Below, piece after piece: positions 24,123 through 34,689 of a stretch of DNA of 59,081 nt; the first letter of the stretch is position 1; every line of letters starts with the position of its first letter. Origin of the DNA: an uncultured Flavobacteriales bacterium (GTDB taxonomy: Bacteria; Bacteroidota; Bacteroidia; Flavobacteriales_D; Sanyastnellaceae); contig CAWVYB010000001.1 of assembly GCA_963934215.1 (NCBI GenBank), forward strand, positions 1-59,081. Reading direction: 5' to 3'. Position numbers and translations under genes: made by a program. The notes under the pieces were generated by a model that ran no database searches, was not told the origin of the DNA, and was given only the letters and a program-made list of their open reading frames with translations.

Positions 24123-27100
24123 ATGAACATCAAATTGTTGCGCTTATTGCGTTTTTCGCTTGTGTTTCTCTTTGCCGCATCCTTTGGATTGAGTAGCGTC
24201 TTTTCCCAGTCAGTGACGATTTCGGGGAGAGTATTTGACGGGAATTCTGATAATGTTTTGATCGGAACGACCCTTATGGAAAAAGGAACAACCAACGGTG
24301 CTGTTGCGAGTGAAATCGGGACGTTTTCCCTGGACGTTCGCAGCTTGCCTGTGGACATTCAAGTCAGTTTCATCGGTTACCTGTCCCAGACCATTTCAGT
24401 AGCAGACACAACCCCGATAACCATTCGTTTGGTGGTGGACGCAGCCTTGGTCGATGAGGTTGTCGTGGTTGGATACGGAAGGCAGAAAAAGAAAGTTTCC
24501 ACGGGTTCCATTTCCAAGATTGATTCCAAAGACATCGAAGGAATTGCTGTTCCGGATGTCATCAGCACGTTAGAAGGGCAGACTTCGGGATTGCTGATCA
24601 ATGAATCCAGCGGGCAGCCAGGTGCAGGCAAGACCATTCTTATTCGGGGAATTAGCACCAACGGAGACAACACTCCATTGTACATTGTTGACGGTCTTCA
24701 AGTCGGTAACATCGACAATATCAATCCCAGTGATGTGGAGTCGGTCGATGTTTTAAAAGATGCTGCCTCTAGCGCTATTTACGGTGCGCGTGCCGCAAAC
24801 GGAGTCGTCATTGTTACGACAAAGAGCGGTAACGGCAAAGATGTTGGGTCAATCACGTATTCGACGAGTAACCTCAATTCGCGTCCGTGGAAATTACCAG
24901 AAATGCTCGGGGCCGAGGATTATGTTTTATTGATGCGGGAAAAATTTGCAAATAGCAACCAAACGGCGGCTTTGAATGCGCTTGGGTTCCCCAACTTGGG
25001 AGATGCTTTATTGCATGACACCGATTGGATGAATGAGATTTTTAACCCCGCGCAAGTGATCAATCACAGAATCACAGCGACAGGCAAGAACTCATTCTTA
25101 TCAATTGACTACTGGAACCAAAACGGTGTGATTGGAGGAGAGAAATCCAACTACAAGCGGTATGCGCTTCGTTACAACTCATCCAAGAAGGTCAAGGGCA
25201 TTTTGACGGTGGGTCAAAACCTGTACCTGAACCGTACGGATAACAACAACATCGGAACCAACAGTGCTTTTGGCGGAGTTCAATCGGATGCCTTTGCGTA
25301 TGATCCGATCACTCCCGTATACAGTGATGACGGCCAATATGGCTTTGCCCAATCCCCTTGGGTTCAAAAGGAATACATCAATCCCTTGAGTCGATTGTGG
25401 TTGATGAATGGAGATGGAAAGTCAGATCAGATTTTGGGCAATATCTACCTTGAGGCTGAACTTATAGAAGGGTTGCGATTGAAAACAGATGTTGGTTTCG
25501 ATTTGAATTGGTGGGATTACCGCAACTTCACACCGACGTATGCATTTCACCCCGCAGCGAGCAACTTGACCAACGATGTCGGACAAGGATCTGGAAATTT
25601 CCAGGGCATTCAGTGGGAGAACACAGCCAACTATACGAAGACAGTCAAGGAGAAACACAACATTGACTTCTTGGTGGGCTCTTCTTACCGAGCAAACGAA
25701 TTCCGCCAAGTCGGAGGTTCGACTTCCAACATACCGGGTGATTCCCAGTTCAATCCCAACTTCCAATACATTGACGCTGGCCAGGACACCTTGGACCTGA
25801 CCTTTGGTGGTGCTTCGGTGGATTATGCATTGATTAGTACATTCTCTCGATTGTTGTACAATTTTGATGAGAAGTACCTTTTCTCGGCGACAGTTCGGAG
25901 GGATGGGTCTTCCAATTTTGGGGAGAACAATCGGTTTGGAGTTTTTCCATCGGTATCTGCCGGTTGGGTAGCATCCAACGAAAAATTCATGGAGGTATTT
26001 GAAGACCTAAGTTTCTTGAAGATTCGAGCTTCTTGGGGTGTGAACGGTTCTGACCGCATTGCACCGTTGAGCTATGTCTCTCGTGTTCAAAATGCCTTTA
26101 GCTATTCATTTGGAACAGAGGAGCAGATTTTAAATACGGGTACTGCCATGGCGACCCCCGCCAATCCAGATGTGAAATGGGAGGAGAGTGAGCAAATCGA
26201 TCTCGGGGTGGAGTTGGGGCTGTTTAACGACAAACTCTCGATCGAAGCGGATGTTTACCGTAAGACCACAAAGGACCTGTTGATGGAGCAATTGATTCCG
26301 GGCTACATCGGAGCCACCAACAATCCTGTATCCAACTTAGGAGAAATTCGGAACCAAGGTATTGAATTGGCGATTACGTATCGAACAGCAGTGCGTGCAT
26401 TGAATGTGACTGCGCAATTGAACTACACGCACTTCACAAACGAAGTCATTAATGTCGCGGGTGAAACAGGCTTCCTGAATGGCTGGTCGTGGCCTGTCCG
26501 CAACACGCCTATTTCAAGGATGTCGGAAGGATACGCTGTGGGACATTTTGTCGGGTATGAAACCGATGGTATTTTCCAAACGCAAGGGGAGATCTATGGC
26601 CACTTGAATATCGAAGGCGACTTGCTTCAGCCCAATGCCGAGCCCGGTGACATCAGGTTTCTTGATTCAAATGGGGACGGCGTGATCAATTCGGATGACA
26701 TCGGAGACATCGGAAATCCGTGGCCGAAGCACATTTTCGGAATGAGTACAAACCTTGAGTACAAAGGATTTTACCTCAACGCCATTTTCAATGCGCAAAT
26801 TGGACATGACATTTACCGAACGTATGAGCGCTCGGATGTCACATTCTCGAATTACCAGAGCTTCTGGATGGACCGTTGGACACCTGATGCACCGAGTACC
26901 GAGTTGCCAAGGTTGACGTCAATCGATCCGAACAACAACCAGCGTCCGTCTGATTTTTATGTGGAAAAAGGCAATTTCTTGCGATTGCGCAATCTTCAAG
27001 TGGGGTGGTCTTTGCCGAAGCGCTGGATTGAAAAAGCGAAGATGCAGGAGGTCAAGCTGTATATCACGACAAACAACTTGTTTACCATCACCAATTACCG

Positions 27101-27212
27101 AGGTTTTGATCCGGACATTGGGACGAGCGGTTGGATTCTTGATACAGGTATCGACAAAGGATTTTACCCAAACAACCGGTCCATTGGAGCGGGCATTAAC
27201 GTAACCCTCTAA
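24123..27212 (+). CDS. susC: SusC/RagA-family TonB-linked outer-membrane transporter
   Basis: VTISGRVFDGNSDNVLIGTTLMEKGTTNGAVASEIGTFSL (CarboxypepD_reg), VVVVGYGRQKKKVSTGSISKID, plug motif SVDVLKDAASSAIYGARAANGVVIVTTK. It is 1029 aa, has the C-terminal YPNNRSIGAGINVTL, and is immediately followed by SusD. Confidence 0.95.
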   Translation: MNIKLLRLLRFSLVFLFAASFGLSSVFSQSVTISGRVFDGNSDNVLIGTTLMEKGTTNGAVASEIGTFSLDVRSLPVDIQVSFIGYLSQTISVADTTPITIRLVVDAALVDEVVVVGYGRQKKKVSTGSISKIDSKDIEGIAVPDVISTLEGQTSGLLINESSGQPGAGKTILIRGISTNGDNTPLYIVDGLQVGNIDNINPSDVESVDVLKDAASSAIYGARAANGVVIVTTKSGNGKDVGSITYSTSNLNSRPWKLPEMLGAEDYVLLMREKFANSNQTAALNALGFPNLGDALLHDTDWMNEIFNPAQVINHRITATGKNSFLSIDYWNQNGVIGGEKSNYKRYALRYNSSKKVKGILTVGQNLYLNRTDNNNIGTNSAFGGVQSDAFAYDPITPVYSDDGQYGFAQSPWVQKEYINPLSRLWLMNGDGKSDQILGNIYLEAELIEGLRLKTDVGFDLNWWDYRNFTPTYAFHPAASNLTNDVGQGSGNFQGIQWENTANYTKTVKEKHNIDFLVGSSYRANEFRQVGGSTSNIPGDSQFNPNFQYIDAGQDTLDLTFGGASVDYALISTFSRLLYNFDEKYLFSATVRRDGSSNFGENNRFGVFPSVSAGWVASNEKFMEVFEDLSFLKIRASWGVNGSDRIAPLSYVSRVQNAFSYSFGTEEQILNTGTAMATPANPDVKWEESEQIDLGVELGLFNDKLSIEADVYRKTTKDLLMEQLIPGYIGATNNPVSNLGEIRNQGIELAITYRTAVRALNVTAQLNYTHFTNEVINVAGETGFLNGWSWPVRNTPISRMSEGYAVGHFVGYETDGIFQTQGEIYGHLNIEGDLLQPNAEPGDIRFLDSNGDGVINSDDIGDIGNPWPKHIFGMSTNLEYKGFYLNAIFNAQIGHDIYRTYERSDVTFSNYQSFWMDRWTPDAPSTELPRLTSIDPNNNQRPSDFYVEKGNFLRLRNLQVGWSLPKRWIEKAKMQEVKLYITTNNLFTITNYRGFDPDIGTSGWILDTGIDKGFYPNNRSIGAGINVTL

Positions 27213-27222
27213 GCACATTACA

Positions 27223-28848
27223 ATGAAAACGAATTACCGCAATCTCTTCATTCTTGCAGGCTTTACTTTCGTCTTTGTTGCTTGCAATAAAGACCGTTTG
27301 GTGGTGGATCCTGTGAACGAGTTCCTTTCGAGCAATTATTACGAAACTGAACAACAGATCTCTGCAGCCTTAATCGGTGCCTACGACCCGATTGGCTGGT
27401 CCGTGGCATTTGGTCAGTGGATTTCTCCAACGATGTTTGGTGAGATCCGTTCTGACAATGCGAATGCAGGGGGTGATCCATCAAATAATGACCAACCGGG
27501 ATGGCAGGAATACGATGACTTCACCAATACGAATACGAATACGATAACGCATCCGATGTACCGCCGGAATTACATTGGGATTAGCCGTGTCAATGCCCTC
27601 CTTGATTTGACTGAATTGGAGACACCTGCAGTGGAAATCTACAAGGCCGAGGCGAAATTCTTGCGTGCGTATTATCACTTTGAATTGTTCCGGCATTTCG
27701 GCCCGATTCCGGTTGTGACAGAATCGCTTGCGCCAGGAGCGTTGGACTTGGAACGAAATACCATGTCAGAAGTCATGCAACAGATCGTTCAGGATTGTGA
27801 GGACGCTGCAGCTGTCTTGCCGGCCATTGCTCCCAGCGGTGAGGAGGGGCGAGCGACAAAAGGTGCTGCATACGCGCTCATGGGCAAGGCTTATCTCTAT
27901 TGGGCGGATTTGAAAGGAGATGATGCAGATTTATTCAATCAAGCTGCATCCGCTTTTCAAGATGTAGTGGACCTAGGATTGTATGAGTTGGAAGATGACA
28001 TGCAGCAGTTGTATCAATTCAATGTTCGCAATACGGTGGAGTCTGTTTTCGAGATTCAGCACAATCCACTTTGGTCCAGTGACTGGGGCTGGTTTGAAGG
28101 TGTGGATGGCAATGGAATGATTCAATTATGCGGCATTCGTGGTTTGTGTGCTGAGCACCCCGAGTACGAAGCCGGTTGGGGATTCATGTCGGTGACAGAA
28201 GGTCTTTGGAATCACTTTCTAGATGATGATCTGTACCGAAGAGATGCTGCCATCATATCGGAAGCCGAATTGGCTCAGGATATGATAGATGCTGGTGTGA
28301 GTTGCGACCCAATCATCGATATGACCCAAAATAATCCGATGGACTACACCGGTTATTGGCAAGAGAAATATTCGAACTTCAAGTCCTTTGCGGGCACCAA
28401 TGTGAACGGTGGAAATGAACATCTGACCAAAGCGCTAAACACCCATGTGTTTCGTTATGCGGATGTGTTGTTGATGTTAGCTGAAGCATTGCACCGTGGT
28501 TCCGGCGACGACGGGATGGCTATGGCCCACATCGATGTCGTGCGCGAACGCGCTGCTGGTCCTGGGGACAACATCGGAAATTTCCGAACGGCCGCAGAAG
28601 TTATGGCCGCAGAGGGCTGGGGCTTACTTGACTTGATCTGGTATGAGCGACGGGCGGAACTTGCTTGTGAAGGTGACCGATGGTTTGACCTCGTGCGTTC
28701 TGGTCGCGCGAATTCAAGCTTGTTCGTGGGAGACGGAGACAAGGAGGTAAATTTCAGTGATGAGAACCTATGGCTTCCAATTGCATTGGAAGAAACCGTG
28801 TTGGCCACAGGCCTCACGACCTATCCCGACGCAGCGTTGTTTAATTGA
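27223..28848 (+). CDS. susD: SusD/RagB-family nutrient-binding outer-membrane lipoprotein
   Basis: Lipobox FVFVAC(N). FLRAYYHFELFRHFGPIPVV, VLLMLAEAL, IWYERRAELACEGDRWFDLVR. It starts 10 nt after the SusC stop. Confidence 0.95.
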   Translation: MKTNYRNLFILAGFTFVFVACNKDRLVVDPVNEFLSSNYYETEQQISAALIGAYDPIGWSVAFGQWISPTMFGEIRSDNANAGGDPSNNDQPGWQEYDDFTNTNTNTITHPMYRRNYIGISRVNALLDLTELETPAVEIYKAEAKFLRAYYHFELFRHFGPIPVVTESLAPGALDLERNTMSEVMQQIVQDCEDAAAVLPAIAPSGEEGRATKGAAYALMGKAYLYWADLKGDDADLFNQAASAFQDVVDLGLYELEDDMQQLYQFNVRNTVESVFEIQHNPLWSSDWGWFEGVDGNGMIQLCGIRGLCAEHPEYEAGWGFMSVTEGLWNHFLDDDLYRRDAAIISEAELAQDMIDAGVSCDPIIDMTQNNPMDYTGYWQEKYSNFKSFAGTNVNGGNEHLTKALNTHVFRYADVLLMLAEALHRGSGDDGMAMAHIDVVRERAAGPGDNIGNFRTAAEVMAAEGWGLLDLIWYERRAELACEGDRWFDLVRSGRANSSLFVGDGDKEVNFSDENLWLPIALEETVLATGLTTYPDAALFN

Positions 28849-28909
28849 TCTTAAAAACCCGCAGTTGCTGCCAATTTGCTAATTCAATCAATCTATAAAA
28901 TTCAATCAA

Positions 28910-30610
28910 ATGAAACAGACTCTTCGACTACTGAGCATCATGTTTTTGTCGGCGCTATTCGCTGTAGGCTGCAAGCCTGACGACCCCGAACCGACTGGAG
29001 ATACGATCGCGAGTTTTCAATACGAAATCAGTTCGGATAATTGGTCGGAAGTGATCTTCACGAACTATAGTCAGAATACGTCAACGTATGCCTGGGACTT
29101 TGGTGATGGCAACTCGAGCACGGAAGTGAGTCCAACGCATTCGTATGCCGCGGGAGGTGCCTACGAGGTTACTCTGACTGCTACCGGTGAGTTGGGTTCG
29201 GCTTCGAAGTCAGAAACCATCACGGTGGTCAATGCAAACACGGCTCAACAGTTTCTGACGGGTACAGATGGAAAGACATGGTACCTGAATAGAGAAGAGG
29301 TTGCTATGGGAATCGGTCCAGGCGTTGGGGATGTTTCTTGGTGGTCATTCGGCGGTGTTACTCCACTCGGGGAACGTCCGTGCATCTTGGATGACTCGTT
29401 CACTTTCAACCCTGACGGCACTTGGGAGAAGAACACAGACGGCACCGTTTTCGTCGATTCAGATGCCAACGGTGGATGGCTAGGCAAGTCGTTTGAGAGC
29501 TGCCATACGGAGGATGAGCCTGGACTCTTTGTTGGACCAAATGGAGAGGACCTCAGTTCATTCGCGAGCGGTGGAGCTTACACATTTGATTTCAACAGTT
29601 CACAGAACACGGTTGTCATCGAAGGGTTTGGTGCATATATCGGTCTACCAAACAAGACTGAAAATGGAGACAGCTACATCCCTACAGCCACCAAGACTTA
29701 CACCATATTCAATATGGAAGAAGGCGACATTGCCGATAAATTGGATGTTGCCATTGTGAATTTAGCGGATGGCTCAGCTTGGAGCTTTTACCTGATGAGC
29801 TATCATAATCCAGCGGATCTTCCTCCTCTTCCGGTGTCTACTCCCATCGCTGACTTCTCTTTTGTGAAGGATGGAAGCACAGTGACATTTGCCAACGCGT
29901 CTTCGAATTCGACGTCGTATACATGGGATTTTGGAGACGGTGGATTCAGTGCTGACGAAAACCCGGTTTACATGTACTCGGCAGATGGAGACTATACAGT
30001 CACCCTCACAGCCAGTGATGATGACATGCTCAGCGACGAGACTTCTCAGGTGGTTTCGATTAGCTCAGCTGTTTTCACTGCTTCTGACTTATCAAGCGCA
30101 GAGGGGAAGGTGTGGAAATTGGACGGCGAAGGATGTTACTATGTAGGTTCAAGTCAGGGCAGTAGTGAATGGTGGGGGGGGATTGATGCTGCGGGTGTGA
30201 TTGAACGTGCTTGCCAGCTGGATGATGAATTTATCTTCTATGATGACGGCACAATGGAATTTGCCACACAAGGCCAAGTTTGGGTTGAGGATTACCTTGG
30301 AGGTTCAAACGAATGCATAGATGAGGGAGACCTGATTGCTCCGTTTGGTGTTTATGCATCTGGGATCCACGCATTCACAGCCAGCGATACTGAGATTACT
30401 GTTGAAGGACTTGGAGCCTACATTGGCTTTAACAAAGGATTCAATGGCGGTGAATTGCCAGGAGATGCCTCTGGCACTCCAGCGTCTTCCATCACCTACG
30501 AAGTTTATGAGTTCAGTGACAACGACGGGGTGCAACGTTTAACCATAACAGTGGATTACGGTGCATTTCCTGGAGAGTCTTACTGGACGATGCGCATGAT
30601 TGCGGAATAA
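28910..30610 (+). CDS. PUL-encoded surface lipoprotein with two (PKD plus ~200-aa beta-rich) units; candidate surface glycan-binding protein
   Basis: Lipobox LFAVGC(K). PKD motifs YAWDFGDGNSSTEVSPTHSYAAGGAYEVTLTATG and YTWDFGDGGFSADENPVYMYSADGDYTVTLTASD. Each is followed by a similar module (..GKTWYLNREE.. / ..GKVWKLDGEG.., C.LDD.F.F..DGT). Confidence 0.8.
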   Translation: MKQTLRLLSIMFLSALFAVGCKPDDPEPTGDTIASFQYEISSDNWSEVIFTNYSQNTSTYAWDFGDGNSSTEVSPTHSYAAGGAYEVTLTATGELGSASKSETITVVNANTAQQFLTGTDGKTWYLNREEVAMGIGPGVGDVSWWSFGGVTPLGERPCILDDSFTFNPDGTWEKNTDGTVFVDSDANGGWLGKSFESCHTEDEPGLFVGPNGEDLSSFASGGAYTFDFNSSQNTVVIEGFGAYIGLPNKTENGDSYIPTATKTYTIFNMEEGDIADKLDVAIVNLADGSAWSFYLMSYHNPADLPPLPVSTPIADFSFVKDGSTVTFANASSNSTSYTWDFGDGGFSADENPVYMYSADGDYTVTLTASDDDMLSDETSQVVSISSAVFTASDLSSAEGKVWKLDGEGCYYVGSSQGSSEWWGGIDAAGVIERACQLDDEFIFYDDGTMEFATQGQVWVEDYLGGSNECIDEGDLIAPFGVYASGIHAFTASDTEITVEGLGAYIGFNKGFNGGELPGDASGTPASSITYEVYEFSDNDGVQRLTITVDYGAFPGESYWTMRMIAE

Positions 30611-30628
30611 GCCTTTTTACAAAACGAA

Positions 30629-30667
30629 AAAGGGGAGCCGGCCATGTGCCGTCTCCCCTTTTTTTTG
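30629..30667 (+). terminator. Rho-independent terminator ending the PUL operon
   Basis: AAAAGGGGAG (30628-30637) pairs with CTCCCCTTTT (30653-30662), and the T-run extends to 30666. It lies 20 nt after the stop at 30610. Confidence 0.75.
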
Positions 30668-30768
30668 TGCTTGAATTTGTTGTTTTTGTGCAGTAAAGCT
30701 GGTCGCAGATGTCTTTCCTCACGAGGGAGCAAGACGCTTAAAGCGTCTTTATGTCGCAAAAAAAAAAA

Positions 30769-31374
30769 TCAGATGTACTCAGCGGATGCGCCTTGCCTGT
30801 CGCTAGCGAGGAGTTCGTCATAGAGGCCGGCTCCCATCACGCTGATGAGGGGGGCAGCAAAGAAAACACCAACGCCGAAAGCGAGGATGCCGAGAATTAA
30901 CACAAACATGCATAGAAAGCCCATGAAAAAGACCTTCCACATTTTTCCGTTGGTCCACACGAGTCGCGCGCTCTCTCGTATAGCACCTTCTGCTCCGAGC
31001 TCGGGGCGATCTTGAAGGACATAGAACGTTTGAGAGAGGCTGATAGCAGCAAGGATACCTGGTATAATGAACAGAATCATCCCAACAATGACGATGACCG
31101 CATTCAGTAAGAAGGCAATGAGCGTTGGCAGAAAGTTACGGAAGCCGTCAAAGTAGGTTTCGAACTGAGGTGTCTGGCCACGGTATATTTGTACCATGGT
31201 ACGGTAAAATCCGAAGGTTAGCGCACCGCTCAACACAATGGAACCTACGCCAAATCCAACGCTTCCAATGATACCCGAGATGACGCCGTGCAAAATGGTT
31301 AGTCCGATGGCGGTAAGCCAATTGTTCTGCAGGACGACCCAAGCTTGGGATAAAATTTCTGTGTTGGAGCGCAT
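30769..31374 (-). CDS. Integral membrane protein, DUF975-like (4-5 TM helices)
   Basis: The start is set at MRSNTEILSQAW (ATG at 31374). The topology and motifs (..GFYRTMVQIYRGQTPQFETYFDGFRNFLPTL.., ..FYVLQDRPELGAEGAIRESARLVW..) resemble the DUF975 / YciC-like family as I recall it. Confidence 0.6.
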   Translation of the reverse strand: MRSNTEILSQAWVVLQNNWLTAIGLTILHGVISGIIGSVGFGVGSIVLSGALTFGFYRTMVQIYRGQTPQFETYFDGFRNFLPTLIAFLLNAVIVIVGMILFIIPGILAAISLSQTFYVLQDRPELGAEGAIRESARLVWTNGKMWKVFFMGFLCMFVLILGILAFGVGVFFAAPLISVMGAGLYDELLASDRQGASAEYI

Positions 31375-31511
31375 GAGATATGTGTTTTGACCAAGATAAT
31401 GACAGATCTCAAAAAAACGATTTCGTCTGGCTGAATGGCAAGAGCGCGGCAGGTACGACTTTCGAAAAAAAAGCCCCCCACTCAAAGGAGTGGAGGGCTT
31501 GAGTTTTTGCG

Positions 31512-33812
31512 TTATTGAATGATCACACGCACCGGGTTGGATGAAGCGTTGTTTGTGGATAGTTGCATCAAATACAACCCGCGAGGCAGGTTGGATACAT
31601 GCACTAACGTTGAGCCTGTTCCATTGAAATCACGGACTGCGTTACCGGCAACGTCGAATAAACGTCCCGTCCAAATCGTGTTGGATTCAACTCCGTTGAT
31701 CATGAACCAATCCTGAGCTGGATTCGGATAAACGGTCGCATCTACAAAAGTGAGGTTGGCCTCGTTGACCGAATTGATGCTTCCACTTTCGCCACCGTCA
31801 ATGACGTTGATGGTGAAGCCACTCAAGAATCCATTCAACAGCCCCAATGAGTCCACTGAAATGGCTTGACAATACGTGTCAGAGCATCCTGCTGCGTCGT
31901 CAGTGACCGTCAAGCATAAGTTGTACGGGCCGTCTGTATTGTAGGTCCATGACGCAAAGGGGTCATCGCTTGTTCCCTCATCACCAAAGTCCCATGCATA
32001 GGTCGCATTGATGTTGTAGTCGTAAATGGTGATGTCCACTGATCCTGCAATGGGAATGCCTCCAACGGTCGTAGCCTGGTCCACGTCAAACGTGGCATTG
32101 CATTGGCTGTCATCCCCCTCATCACATGCCACAATGCCTTCGACAGATTGTGGAGCGATATAGGGAGAACTCTCATCGACCAACAACTCGCCCCCGGGAC
32201 CTTGGACGATGTAACCGCATAAATCAGCGTAGTACATCGGTTCAGACACAGCAAAGCCCAATTCACCGGCATTTACGGGGACAAATACTTTGGTTTGGTA
32301 GAAAGGGTAGAGGCTTTCGAAATAAACTCCGTTGAAGTCGATGCTGGCGTACACGCCATATTCGGATGAGAAGACCTCAAAGGCGCCTCCTAGCCATCCT
32401 TCTTGTGAATCATCTAGAAAGGTGATTTCAAGGAACCCACAGGTGACATCAGTGTCACACGGTTTCAATCCAAAGACGCTTCCAGCAGCGAATTCCATGT
32501 CGCTCGCGCTTTCGAACAAGACGTTTCCATTCTGATCGAGGACCTCGTAAGAGGTGAATCCAGTGTCGCTATTGTTGTTGAAGATAAAATCAACTACGCT
32601 CCCCTCATTGGCAGCAAAAGAGAATGTACTCGTGCCTAGCTCTTCAGGCCATCCATCGGAGTTGCTGTCGATGGCCAATGCGTTGTTGGTTTCGGAAGCG
32701 ATCATCGTGCCGTCGATGTAGATATCAACCGAGGCCGAACCCCAATCCGCAGTAGTGCTGGCATTGAAGAGGTTGATGGTCCACGTTCCACACGTGCCTT
32801 CGACGGTTGGGATGTCCAATGGTAGCATTGCAGACAGCGAATGCACGACACCGTTATAAGCCAGGATGTCAGCGGTTTCGATGGCCACATCCGAAGCGGT
32901 GAGGCCTTCGGAGCTCAATCCAATTTCAATGGGGTCACCACTGAGGGATTGCAAGGTTTGACCTGGGGTGAGATCGTCACTTGCGTAGACGCCAATCACG
33001 ACATGACGCTCGATGAATTCGTCCACATTTTGCGAGTTCAAGAAAGCATCAGCGTCGACATAGCCATTGGCCAAAGCGAATGCGGTTACAGCATCATCTG
33101 TTGGCGCAAAGACTGTGTAGGGTCCAGGAAGTGGATCACCATTGTTGTCGTCTTCCGCTTCGAGCGCTTGAGCTCCGAGGTATTCAGCCAAATACGCATT
33201 GTATATCCCTTGCTCAAAAGCGGTGTGGTTTTCGCTCTGAGCGATGGCCTCGACGACCGTTGCTTCGGGATAGCCCGCGGGTGCCAACGTTTTGTCAATG
33301 ATGTGAATCACGCCATTTTCAGCGGTGATATTGGTTTGGATCACGTTGGCGTCGTCGATCATCACGCCTCCATCGATGGAAACATTCAAACTCTGGCCTT
33401 GCAGGGTCAAAAGGGACATGCCATCGGCTAAATCTTCCGCCATGTAGGTGCCTGGAACGATATGGTAGTTCAAAGCAGTCGGTAAATCCGAAAATCCAAT
33501 CAAATCCCACTGACTCAAATTCATGAGCGCCATGACTTCTTCCACTGCTTCTTGGGTGGGAACGAAGATGGTGTATTCATTTTCCTCATCATCCAACTGC
33601 TCCAAGTTGAAATTCTGAAAGACATAACCAGAATTGAAACAACAAGGATTGGGGTTATCGTCTGTAGAATACATCACAGTTCCCATCGCGTCGTCCAAGG
33701 TGTATGCCCACTGGGCGTTGGCACTGTATGAAAGCAGTAGTGTTAGGACTGCGCTAGCTGCGACTTGTTGCGAGAATTTAAATAAATTCATGATCACGGT
33801 ATTCATTTTCAT
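31512..33812 (-). CDS. T9SS-secreted protein: two fasciclin (FAS1) domains, two DSxxEGW-type Cys-framed modules, PKD-like module, T9SS C-terminal sorting domain
   Basis: FAS1 signatures YTIFVPTQEAV...NGVIHIIDKTLAP and YTVFAPTDDAV...NGVVHSLSAMLP. PKD-like YAWDFGDEGTSDDPFASWTYNTDGPYNLCLTV. Sorting domain ATVYPNPAQDWFMINGV..GLYLMQLSTNN..VRVIIQ. Confidence 0.9.
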   Translation of the reverse strand: MKMNTVIMNLFKFSQQVAASAVLTLLLSYSANAQWAYTLDDAMGTVMYSTDDNPNPCCFNSGYVFQNFNLEQLDDEENEYTIFVPTQEAVEEVMALMNLSQWDLIGFSDLPTALNYHIVPGTYMAEDLADGMSLLTLQGQSLNVSIDGGVMIDDANVIQTNITAENGVIHIIDKTLAPAGYPEATVVEAIAQSENHTAFEQGIYNAYLAEYLGAQALEAEDDNNGDPLPGPYTVFAPTDDAVTAFALANGYVDADAFLNSQNVDEFIERHVVIGVYASDDLTPGQTLQSLSGDPIEIGLSSEGLTASDVAIETADILAYNGVVHSLSAMLPLDIPTVEGTCGTWTINLFNASTTADWGSASVDIYIDGTMIASETNNALAIDSNSDGWPEELGTSTFSFAANEGSVVDFIFNNNSDTGFTSYEVLDQNGNVLFESASDMEFAAGSVFGLKPCDTDVTCGFLEITFLDDSQEGWLGGAFEVFSSEYGVYASIDFNGVYFESLYPFYQTKVFVPVNAGELGFAVSEPMYYADLCGYIVQGPGGELLVDESSPYIAPQSVEGIVACDEGDDSQCNATFDVDQATTVGGIPIAGSVDITIYDYNINATYAWDFGDEGTSDDPFASWTYNTDGPYNLCLTVTDDAAGCSDTYCQAISVDSLGLLNGFLSGFTINVIDGGESGSINSVNEANLTFVDATVYPNPAQDWFMINGVESNTIWTGRLFDVAGNAVRDFNGTGSTLVHVSNLPRGLYLMQLSTNNASSNPVRVIIQ

Positions 33813-34150
33813 TTGTTGATGAGGTTACCAATTCGGTCTGTCAAATGTGACAGCGGGTAGGGTTCTTATGCTTTGAATCGGTATGAAAGGCATTGCCATC
33901 GAATAATTCAGATGAAACAACTGAAGGTGACTCATTTTGTTCTTAGGAATCATTGCCAAGGTGAAGAGTGGAATGTGACCTGTGTTGCTGAAATGTTGAG
34001 GAGTCAGCTTGGTCGATGCAATCGTTGGTTTGGAGTTCGCGTTGATAATCTGTGGGAGAGCAACTGTGTGTTTGTCGACAGGATAGGCAATCTTTGAAAG
34101 GCGCTGCCATGCGCAACGCACGATGAAACGTTGACCCGAATCTGAACACC

Positions 34151-34636
34151 ATGAATTTTACGCGGCTTTTGCCCTACCTCGTTTTTACCGTTCTCAATTT
34201 TGGAGGGCTCGCTGTGGGGTCTTTTTTCACAGGGCCCGGCGTTGCTTCAACGTGGTATCAGATGTTGCCGACCGCCCCTTGGACACCGCCGGGATGGGTA
34301 TTCGGTGCGGCTTGGACCACCGTGATGATCGGATTTTCTTGGTTCATGGGCAGTCTTTGGAATGCCGATCAATCTGCTTCATTCAGACAAAGAACGATGG
34401 GGTTGTTTGCCGTGAGTTGGGCATGCAATGTGGGCTGGAATCCGTTGTTTTTCTATGCCCAAGCCATCGAATGGGCCCTCGTGGTCATCACTGCGCTTTA
34501 CGCGGTTCTTTTTGTGCTCATGGGTCACAGTTTCAGTGCATCATCTCCGAATGCGGGCAAGTGGGGCATTTTGCCTTATCTCCTCTGGCTCACCATTGCC
34601 ATTTCACTCAACGCGTATCCGGTCTTTGTTCGTTGA
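34151..34636 (+). CDS. tspO: TspO/MBR family tryptophan-rich sensory protein
   Basis: 161 aa with 5 TM helices. WYQMLPTAPWTPPGWVFGAAWTTVM, NVGWNPLFFYAQ, LPYLLWLTIAISLNAY. Confidence 0.9.
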   Translation: MNFTRLLPYLVFTVLNFGGLAVGSFFTGPGVASTWYQMLPTAPWTPPGWVFGAAWTTVMIGFSWFMGSLWNADQSASFRQRTMGLFAVSWACNVGWNPLFFYAQAIEWALVVITALYAVLFVLMGHSFSASSPNAGKWGILPYLLWLTIAISLNAYPVFVR

Positions 34637-34689
34637 GTCCAAGTTGGCGAGGCTGGAGTTCTTCAAGTCATGGCCAGGGCTTGCGGTTG

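Noticed and set aside
30731-30749. The palindrome AAGACGCTT-A-AAGCGTCTT downstream of the DUF975-like gene, considered as a possible terminator.
   Set aside because: No U-tract follows it on the minus strand. The A/T run (30758-30768) lies on the wrong side, between the stop codon and the hairpin. It is at best a weak, non-canonical element.
33838-33853. The inverted repeat CTGTCA-aatg-TGACAG, 26-41 nt upstream of the FAS1 gene start.
   Set aside because: It has only 6-bp arms, which is expected by chance several times in 59 kb, and there is no second copy in the window. I note it only as a possible operator.
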